Positions 57,082-64,000 of a DNA stretch of 64,000 nucleotides are shown here, one piece after another. The notes under the pieces are model-generated. The model worked only from the letters and a program-made list of their open reading frames with translations. It made no database searches and was not told where the DNA came from. Source of the DNA: Deltaproteobacteria bacterium. Lineage in GTDB: Bacteria; Myxococcota_A; Polyangia; Polyangiales; Houyiibacteriaceae. The translations under genes and the position numbers were made by a program. Each line of letters begins with the position of its first letter. Positions within the stretch are counted from its first letter, which is position 1. The stretch spans positions 1 through 64,000 of the forward strand of contig JAXMNT010000020.1 of NCBI GenBank assembly GCA_034670305.1, in the 5' to 3' direction.

Positions 57082-58827
57082 ATGAAAACGGCGCTTCCCC
57101 AGAACGACTCCAACGCGGCCGCGCGCAGCGACCGACTTGCGAAGAAACAGCAGACCTATCGATTCGCGTACGACTGGCCGCCCGAGGTCGCCACGTCGGC
57201 GGAGCTGCCGAAGGCCGACAACTACGGCGCGCTCTACATCCTCGAGTCCCTCAAGACCTACGCCGCGGTGGGCGTCAACATCGCCGCGATGGCGATCAAG
57301 GGCAACGAAGCGAAGAACCTCATCTCGCTCCTCGAAGCGCGCTTTCGCGACGCGGGGGCCGATGAGTTGCACAAGCTGATCTTCACCACCCCGAAGATGG
57401 TCTCGGAGTCGTTGCCTGCGCGCTGGCCCACCTCCTGGCGAGAGTACGAAGCGTTCTTCGCCACCTGGCCCACGCCTCCGATCGTCGGCTTCTACGAGGA
57501 CCCCGACCCCACCCGCCTCAACCGCGCCTTTGCGTGGCAGCGGGTGGCGGGCGCCAACCCGATGGTGCTCGAACGCTGCGACGCGGTGCCTCCGCACCTG
57601 GCGGTCGACGACGCCATGTACACCCGCGTGATGAAGGGCGATTCGATCGCGGCCGCCATCGCGGAGGAGCGGCTCTACCTCGCGGACTACGTCGCGCTCG
57701 AAGGCATTCCCACCGGCACCAAAGAGGACTTGCCCAGGTACCTGTGTGCACCGATGGCGCTCTTCGCAGTCGAGCCCATCACCAAGTCGCTCTACCCCGT
57801 CGCCATCCAACTCGGGCAGACCCCGGACGCCGCCTGTTTCACCCCCAACGACGGCTGGCACTGGCGCATGGCGATGCAGTTCGTGCAGATCGCGGACGCG
57901 AACGTACACGAAGGCATCTACCACCTCGGCCGGACCCACATGGTCATGGAAGCGGTGAAGCTGTGCATGGAACGACAGCTCGACGACGGCCATCCGCTGC
58001 ACCGGCTCCTGGTCGCGCACGTGGAGACAACCCTCGCGATCAACCACTCCGCCAAGACCTCGCTCATCGCGCCGGGCGGCACCGTCGACCAGTGTTTCGC
58101 GCCCACGATCGAAGCGTTCGCGGGCGTCGTGAAGAAGTCGCTCGACACCTACCCGATCGCGACCGCGACGCCGGAGCACGATCTGCAAGCGCGCGGCCTG
58201 ACCAACACCGAAGTCCTCGAACACCCCTACCGGGACGACGTCCGGATCGTGCACGCCGCGGTCGAGGCCTTCGTCTCCGAGTACATCGACCTCTACTACG
58301 CGACCGACGCCGATGTCTCGGGCGACGCGGAGCTCCAAGCATTCGTGCGTGAGCTCGGCGCAACCGACGGCGGCCGGCTGGTCGGCATGCCGACGGTCCA
58401 GACCGTCGCCGACGTGGAGTCGCTCATCACCAAGTTCGTCTTCATCGCGGGTCCCGGCCACTCGGCCGTCAACTTCGCGCAGTTCCCCTTCATGGGCTTC
58501 GTGTCGAACATGGTGGGCTCGGCGTTCCAGCCGGTGCCCACGGCGGACACCCCGAACGAAGAGGCGGAACTGACCAAACTCCTGCCGCCGCTGCGCATCG
58601 CGATGGAGGGCGTGACGATGGTCTACTTCCTTTCGAACATGCGCCCCTCGAAGCTCGGGCACTACGCGCCCTTCCACTTCCGCGACCACAAGGTGAACAA
58701 GGTGGTGCACACGTTCCAGAAGGCGCTCGAGCGGGTCGAGGCGACCATCGACGAACGCGACCCGCGGCGCCTGATCTCCTATCCCTTCTTGAAGCCCTCG
58801 CTCATCCTCCAGTCCATCGCCATCTAG
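57082..58827 (+). CDS. lipoxygenase 1
   Basis: FAWQRVAGANP, HEGIYHLGRTH, HPLHRLL, HSAVNF, C-terminal SIAI. Confidence 0.93.
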   Translation: MKTALPQNDSNAAARSDRLAKKQQTYRFAYDWPPEVATSAELPKADNYGALYILESLKTYAAVGVNIAAMAIKGNEAKNLISLLEARFRDAGADELHKLIFTTPKMVSESLPARWPTSWREYEAFFATWPTPPIVGFYEDPDPTRLNRAFAWQRVAGANPMVLERCDAVPPHLAVDDAMYTRVMKGDSIAAAIAEERLYLADYVALEGIPTGTKEDLPRYLCAPMALFAVEPITKSLYPVAIQLGQTPDAACFTPNDGWHWRMAMQFVQIADANVHEGIYHLGRTHMVMEAVKLCMERQLDDGHPLHRLLVAHVETTLAINHSAKTSLIAPGGTVDQCFAPTIEAFAGVVKKSLDTYPIATATPEHDLQARGLTNTEVLEHPYRDDVRIVHAAVEAFVSEYIDLYYATDADVSGDAELQAFVRELGATDGGRLVGMPTVQTVADVESLITKFVFIAGPGHSAVNFAQFPFMGFVSNMVGSAFQPVPTADTPNEEAELTKLLPPLRIAMEGVTMVYFLSNMRPSKLGHYAPFHFRDHKVNKVVHTFQKALERVEATIDERDPRRLISYPFLKPSLILQSIAI

Positions 58828-58917
58828 CGGCAGCCGACGCGCACGTCGTCACGACGCGCCGCCGGCACTGCTTCCGACATCCTCACGCGGCATCGCGCCG
58901 CATCGAAGAGAGAGCCC

Positions 58918-60663
58918 ATGACCAGCCCGACCCTTCCGCAGAACGACCCCGCCATCGACGAGCGGAAGGCCCAGCTGGCCAATGCCCGCGTGTCGTACCA
59001 GTTCGACTTCAGCTACCAGGAGATCGTCTCCGCGAAAAAGGTGCCGCTGCGGGAGAAGTCCGATCCGCACTACTGGCTCGCCCTCGCGGAGGTCACCGGC
59101 GAACTCAAAGCCAACCAACTCGCGAGCCGGTCGCTCGAAGAGAACGTCGACGCGATCGGTGAGAAGTTCGTGCAGGGTCTGGCGGATGCCTTCGCGAAAC
59201 TCGCGCCCGGTGAGATCGCAGAGCGGCTGAAGAAGGAGACGCGCGCCTCCCCTCCGCCCGAGACCGACCGGAGCCCCGAGAGCTACGACAAGATGTACGC
59301 GCGGATCGCGCCGCCTTCGGTGTCCGCGCGCTGGGCAGAGGACGAGATCTTCGCGTGGCAGGCGCTCGCCGGCTGCAACCCGATCATGATCCACCGGTTC
59401 GCGGGCATGCCGCACTTCGGCGTGACCGCCGCCCACTTCGACAGCGCAATGAAAGCGCTGAAGGTCGAGGGCGCCGGGACCTACGAGAGCGCGCTGAAGG
59501 AGGGGCGGCTCTTCGTCGCCGACTACCAGATCCTCGACCACATCACGCCGGGGGCCTACGAAGGCGCGCCGAAGTTCATCTTCGCCCCGCTCGCACTCTA
59601 CGTGTCGCTCCCCGGCGGTCGGTTCCTGCCGGTCGCGATCCAGTGCGGACAGACCCCGGAAGCCGGCATCTTCACACCGGCCGATGGCATGAGCTGGCGC
59701 ATGGCCCGCACCGTCGTCACGAGCGCGGACGGAAACTTCCAAGGCATCATCTCGCACTTCGCTTGGTGCCACGAAGTGATGGAGTCGGTGATCCTCTCCA
59801 CCCACCGGCAGCTCGCGGACAACCACCCGCTCCACGTGCTGCTCTCGCCGCATTTCGCGAACACGATGATCACCAACGACATCGCGATGACCTCGCTCAT
59901 CGGACCGAACGGCAACATGGAGCGGTTGCAGAGCGGCACACTCGAGTCTTCGCTGGATCTCGCGAAGCGTTCGATCCGGGAGTTCCGCCTGCTCGACTCC
60001 GCCCCCGCGAAGGACTTCGCGGCGCGCGGCGTCGACGACACCGACGCGCTCGCGGCGTATCCGTTTCGAGACGACAGCCTGCGGTCCTGGGGACCGTTGC
60101 AAGCCTGGGTCCGCGGCTACCTCGAGCTCTATTACACTTCCGACGAACTGGTCGCGGGCGACCACGAACTCGCAGCCTGGGTGGACGAACTCGGAAGCCA
60201 CGAAGGCGGCCGACTGCTCGGACTCGAACGGCCGCAGACCTTTGACGCGCTCGTCGATTTCGTCGCGCAGATCATGTTCCGCTGCACCGTCTTCCACGCG
60301 GCGTTCAACTACACCTCGTACGACTTCTTCGCCTACGCCCCGAACGTCCAGGCCGCCGCGTTCGGACCCGGACCGACCGGCACCGACGCCGACACCGTCG
60401 AGACCCTTCAAGCGATGTGGCCTCCCTACCAGTCGGCGTACGAAGGCATGCACCTGTTCTACACGATCTTCAAAGTGCAGCTGAACCGGGTCGGGTACTA
60501 CCCCGACGGTCACTTCACCGACCCGCGCGTGGCGCCGCTCGAGACCGCCTTGAAGGCCGCGCTCGACGAAGCCGAAGCCGCGATCGCCAAGGACGACGAC
60601 AAGCGCATCCTCTCGTACCCGTACCTGATGCCGTCGCGGGTGAGCAACAGCATCCACGTCTGA
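58918..60663 (+). CDS. lipoxygenase 2 (divergent paralog)
   Basis: [38 protein letters not shown]-terminal SIHV. Confidence 0.9.
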   Translation: MTSPTLPQNDPAIDERKAQLANARVSYQFDFSYQEIVSAKKVPLREKSDPHYWLALAEVTGELKANQLASRSLEENVDAIGEKFVQGLADAFAKLAPGEIAERLKKETRASPPPETDRSPESYDKMYARIAPPSVSARWAEDEIFAWQALAGCNPIMIHRFAGMPHFGVTAAHFDSAMKALKVEGAGTYESALKEGRLFVADYQILDHITPGAYEGAPKFIFAPLALYVSLPGGRFLPVAIQCGQTPEAGIFTPADGMSWRMARTVVTSADGNFQGIISHFAWCHEVMESVILSTHRQLADNHPLHVLLSPHFANTMITNDIAMTSLIGPNGNMERLQSGTLESSLDLAKRSIREFRLLDSAPAKDFAARGVDDTDALAAYPFRDDSLRSWGPLQAWVRGYLELYYTSDELVAGDHELAAWVDELGSHEGGRLLGLERPQTFDALVDFVAQIMFRCTVFHAAFNYTSYDFFAYAPNVQAAAFGPGPTGTDADTVETLQAMWPPYQSAYEGMHLFYTIFKVQLNRVGYYPDGHFTDPRVAPLETALKAALDEAEAAIAKDDDKRILSYPYLMPSRVSNSIHV

Positions 60664-60687
60664 CGTAGGGAGTTCGGCGCCTGCCGG

Positions 60688-60886
60688 CGGCTTCGGCTTC
60701 GGCGTCGGCTTCGGCTTCGGCGTCGGCGTCGGCTTCGGCTTCGGCTTCGGCTTCGGTGTCGGCGTCGGCGTCGGCGTCGGCTTCGGCTTCAGCTTCGGCT
60801 TCGGCTTCGGCTTCGGGTTCGGCTTCGGTGTCGGCGTCGGCGTCGGCTTCGGCGTCGGCTTCGGCTTCCGCGTCGGCTTCCGCGGG
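60688..60886. repeat. hexamer tract (GGCTTC/GGCGTC)n, ~33 units
   Basis: Read directly; between convergent genes. Confidence 0.95.
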
Positions 60887-60901
60887 CCTCGCCTCAGGCG
60901 C

Positions 60902-61993
60902 TCACGGCAGGGACACACCCGTCCACACCGCGAGCCCGAGGCGGCGCAGACGGACGAAGTTCATCATGTCCGTGTAGAGCGCGAGCGGCATCATGTGGTC
61001 GAGGTACGCGGTGTCCTCTCGGTAGGTCACCGTGGTGCCCGGCCGATCGAAGAACGTGGCGGCCCAGATGTTCAGAACCGCATCCACCTCGTGGGGGTAG
61101 AGCCGGTGTCCTTCGCTCGCGCGAAAGGGCGTGGCCGGGTCGCGCATCATCACGCACTCGTTGGCCCAGTCGGGCGCGGGGGGCGGCGCGGTGTCGACGA
61201 GGCGTGCCCTCAGTCGGTCTCGGGTGGCGGCCGCAAGCGCGCCCGGCGACTTCTGGTGCGACTCGAGTACGAAGCCCGCGCTTCGACCGGCGGGGATCGT
61301 CGGCGCGAAGATCACGTAGACGCGACCGCCTTCCCGGTGGGTCAGAAAAACATCGTGCACCGGATGGGTGCTGCGGTTGTGGAGCACCAGATGTCGACGA
61401 CCCGGGCGCCATTCGGGCCCGCGCTCGATCCGGATCGCGACCTGCTCCCGGGTGCTGCCTTCGTAGAAGACGAACCGTTCGCTCTCGCGTGCCCCGTTGA
61501 CCCAGAGCGCGTCGAAGCCGCGCAGCTCGTCCACCCAAGGCGTCGATGAGACATGGGGGGTGTGCGTGGCTTCGGGGTGGAGGTTCAGCCGCTCCCAGGT
61601 GAGCTGGGGCGCAGCGCCCGCACGTGGACGTAAGGTGTCGACCTGCGGATACCAGTGGCTCGCACGCCCTTGCCGGAAGCCCACCTCGATGCCGAGCGGG
61701 ACGGGTGAGGACATGCTGTTGCGCCCGTAGAAGTGCAGCACCGGCAGCGCACGTTGTCCGCTGTCGGCCGGAAGCGACCGGGCCGGCGGACCCGCCGCGT
61801 TGCCCCCACCGGCCCGTCGATGGAACCAGCCGGGCAAGTTGGCCGTCACCTGAGCGCCCGCGCCGTCGAACGCTTGCACGCCCCACTCATGGACATCGAG
61901 AGGGCTTGCGCACCAGGACTCGGCCTCGGCGTCGCTCGGGGGGGCGACCAGGAACAACAGAACGACCGTGAGCATCGAGAGACTGAAGCGCAT
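60902..61993 (-). CDS. secreted hypothetical protein with VHEWG motif
   Basis: Signal peptide; [25 protein letters not shown]. Confidence 0.75.
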   Translation of the reverse strand: MRFSLSMLTVVLLFLVAPPSDAEAESWCASPLDVHEWGVQAFDGAGAQVTANLPGWFHRRAGGGNAAGPPARSLPADSGQRALPVLHFYGRNSMSSPVPLGIEVGFRQGRASHWYPQVDTLRPRAGAAPQLTWERLNLHPEATHTPHVSSTPWVDELRGFDALWVNGARESERFVFYEGSTREQVAIRIERGPEWRPGRRHLVLHNRSTHPVHDVFLTHREGGRVYVIFAPTIPAGRSAGFVLESHQKSPGALAAATRDRLRARLVDTAPPPAPDWANECVMMRDPATPFRASEGHRLYPHEVDAVLNIWAATFFDRPGTTVTYREDTAYLDHMMPLALYTDMMNFVRLRRLGLAVWTGVSLP

Positions 61994-62045
61994 CGTGCTC
62001 GGTTATACGTGTGTGGGCCCGGGAAGTTCTCAGGCGATCGACGCG

Positions 62046-62099
62046 TTGCCCTTCTGTCTGCGATCAGTTATGTCGGTCGGCCCGGCACTCTCGCTGGGC
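62046..62099 (+). promoter_or_regulatory. sigma70-like promoter TTGCCC-N17-TATGTC followed by a leader hairpin
   Basis: -35 at 62046-62051, -10 at 62069-62074; gcccggc-actctc-gctgggc at 62080-62099. Confidence 0.45.
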
Positions 62100-62116
62100 C
62101 CTACCCCGACCAAAAC

Positions 62117-62392
62117 ATGTACCGCTGCGAACTCTGCAAGGCCGTTCAGGCCCCGCGCACCCCGTGTATCCGCGTGACCGTGGAAACCCGACCGACCGAA
62201 TACCCGAGCCGTCCCAAAGCGCACAAAATGCGTGTGGGCCGCAAGATGAAGACGTTCGACGACTCCGGCGGGGCTGGCTACGAGATCGCCAAAGAAGCGA
62301 AAGCATGCCCGAAGTGCGCGGAAGAGTTCGTCGCGAAGCAGAAAGCCGCCGAAGCCGCGGGCATCTACGACGACGAAGTCGCCAGCGCCTGA
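62117..62392 (+). CDS. small basic protein with two CxxC pairs (putative Zn ribbon)
   Basis: MYRCELC…ACPKC, 91 aa. Confidence 0.75.
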   Translation: MYRCELCKAVQAPRTPCIRVTVETRPTEYPSRPKAHKMRVGRKMKTFDDSGGAGYEIAKEAKACPKCAEEFVAKQKAAEAAGIYDDEVASA

Positions 62393-62751
62393 CGCACTTC
62401 CGCTGATCATCCCAACGCCCCACCCGCGCCGAGTCGATCGTCGCGGCTTGGGGCGTTCGTCGTCTGGGTGAGCGCTGGCTCGATCTCGAGCACCGTTTCA
62501 CCCCTCGGGTTGGAGGGTGCGCCGCCGCCCGCAGCGCAGTCTGCTCCCCGACTCCGATTCTCATCAGCCACAAGGTGCTGATATTGCACAGCTTTCCCCG
62601 AAAGCAGCGAGCCGCATGTCTCAAGGTCCATTTGACAGCAGGTGGCCTCGCGCTCTAGGTGGGCTCGTCCATCACCCGTGAAGCGGGGTTCCGCCAGTTG
62701 GCACAGACGCCTGTCTCGCCCTGCTGAACCACCGAAAACTCAGAGGAATTC

Positions 62752-64000
62752 GTGTCGCGAACGCTCGTCATCGTAGAGAGCCCTGCCAAGGCCAAGACCA
62801 TCGGGAAGTACCTCGGAAAGGACTTCGTGGTGGAGTCGTCCGTCGGGCACATCCGGGATCTCGCCGTCCCGAAGCAGCTCTCGAAAGAGCAGCGCAAGAA
62901 GAACGTGTACATCGACGGCTACGCGGTTGACGTCGAGAACGATTTCCTGCCCATCTACGTGGTCGACGCCCGCAAGAAGTCGACCGTCGCCGAACTGAAG
63001 AAGATCCTGAAGGGTTCGGACGAACTCCTGCTCGCGACAGATGAAGACCGCGAAGGAGAGAGCATCGCCTGGCACCTCGTCGAGGTGCTCAAGCCCAAAG
63101 TGCCCGTGAAGCGCATGGTGTTTCACGAGATCACGAAGAAGGCGATCCTCGAGGCGGTCGGCAAGCCCCGCGAGATCGACCAGAACCTCGTCGACGCGCA
63201 GGAAGCCCGCCGAATCCTCGACCGGCTCTACGGCTTCGCGATGAGCAAGATGACGTGGCGCCGCACCAAAGGCCGCTCCGCGGGCCGGGTGCAGAGTGTC
63301 GCCACCCGCATCGTCGTGGAGCGGGAACGCGAGCGCATGGCGTTCCGCCGCGCGAGCTACTGGGACGTCGACGGCGAGTTCGCGGCGTCCGACGCGAAGT
63401 TCCCGGGCCACCTGCTGGAGATCGACGGCAAGCGGGTCGTCAGCGGCAAGGACTTCGGCGACGACGGCAAGTTGAAGAAGACGACGGTCGCACATCTCGA
63501 CGAGACCGCGGCCCGAAAGCTGGTGCAGGACCTCGGACAAGCCACCTTCGAAGTGGCCCAGGTGCAGAAGAAGCCGACCACCCGTCGACCCTCCCCGCCC
63601 TTCATGACGTCGACGCTTCAGCAGGAAGCGAGCCGCAAGCTCGGCTGGGGTGCGCAGACGACGATGCGGGTCGCGCAGTCCCTCTACGAAAACGGTTTCA
63701 TCACCTACATGCGTACGGACTCCACGACGCTGTCGCAGACGGCGCTCGACGCCGCGCGCACGCAGATCGCGGAACTCTACGGCAAAGACGAGGTGCCCGC
63801 GGCGCCCCGTCAGTACAACCGCTCCGTCAAGAACGCCCAAGAGGCCCATGAGGCCATCCGCCCCGCCGGCGACTCGTTCCGCACCCCGGACGACGTCGCG
63901 CGCGGTCTCGGCAAGAACGAATCCCGCCTGTACGAGCTCATCTGGAAGCGAACCGTCGCCTCGCAGATGAACGACGCCAAGGGCGAACAGGTCAGCGTGC
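62752..64000 (+). CDS. topA: DNA topoisomerase I (5' part, runs off the window)
   Basis: GTG after GAGG; LVIVESPAKAKTI, SVGHIRDL, ATDEDREGE, SAGRVQS, LYENGFITYMRTDS, QEAHEAIRP; absent from the ORF track because no stop lies in the window. Confidence 0.97.
   Translation, partial: MSRTLVIVESPAKAKTIGKYLGKDFVVESSVGHIRDLAVPKQLSKEQRKKNVYIDGYAVDVENDFLPIYVVDARKKSTVAELKKILKGSDELLLATDEDREGESIAWHLVEVLKPKVPVKRMVFHEITKKAILEAVGKPREIDQNLVDAQEARRILDRLYGFAMSKMTWRRTKGRSAGRVQSVATRIVVERERERMAFRRASYWDVDGEFAASDAKFPGHLLEIDGKRVVSGKDFGDDGKLKKTTVAHLDETAARKLVQDLGQATFEVAQVQKKPTTRRPSPPFMTSTLQQEASRKLGWGAQTTMRVAQSLYENGFITYMRTDSTTLSQTALDAARTQIAELYGKDEVPAAPRQYNRSVKNAQEAHEAIRPAGDSFRTPDDVARGLGKNESRLYELIWKRTVASQMNDAKGEQVSV

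Noticed and set aside
58849-60918. Minus-strand ORF starting with PKPTPKP repeats
   Set aside because: Reverse reading of the hexamer tract continuing antisense to LOX2
62632-62661. topA promoter from a perfect TTGACA
   Set aside because: No convincing -10 hexamer at 16-18 nt spacing

Overview
GC-rich bacterial chromosome segment, most likely Myxococcota (MYXO-CTERM sorting signal, Cys/Asp-rich repeat surface proteins, FHA/kinase content; the taxon is an inference). About 45 CDSs: an RlmL/THUMP-type RNA methyltransferase, PrsW-like protease, two stand-alone EAL proteins, an FHA protein fused to a degenerate TadA-like ATPase, an atypical Hsp70, a bestrophin-TPR-truncated globin operon, a giant vWA/Cys-rich surface protein pair, lnt, an Rrf2-sufBCDS-sufT operon with an IscR-type palindrome at its promoter, two FG-GAP lipoprotein paralogs, iscS, an IscA/HesB carrier, a Ser/Thr kinase-AAA ATPase followed by two tandem lipoxygenases, and the 5' part of topA. 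The most unusual region is 44.84-46.35 kb, a nested mobile locus. It contains an IS5-like transposase remnant whose CGATATCG site holds two tandem 75/78-bp hairpin-rich units, each bounded by ATAT and inserted in frame. Beside it is a Y1 (HUH) tyrosine transposase gene bracketed by ~100-bp imperfect inverted repeats. Three more copies of the 75-bp unit lie elsewhere in the window. Many genes have TANNNT 5-7 nt before the start codon, suggesting widespread leaderless transcription. No rRNA, tRNA or CRISPR array was seen. Family assignments come from motif recognition by eye; no database search was run.
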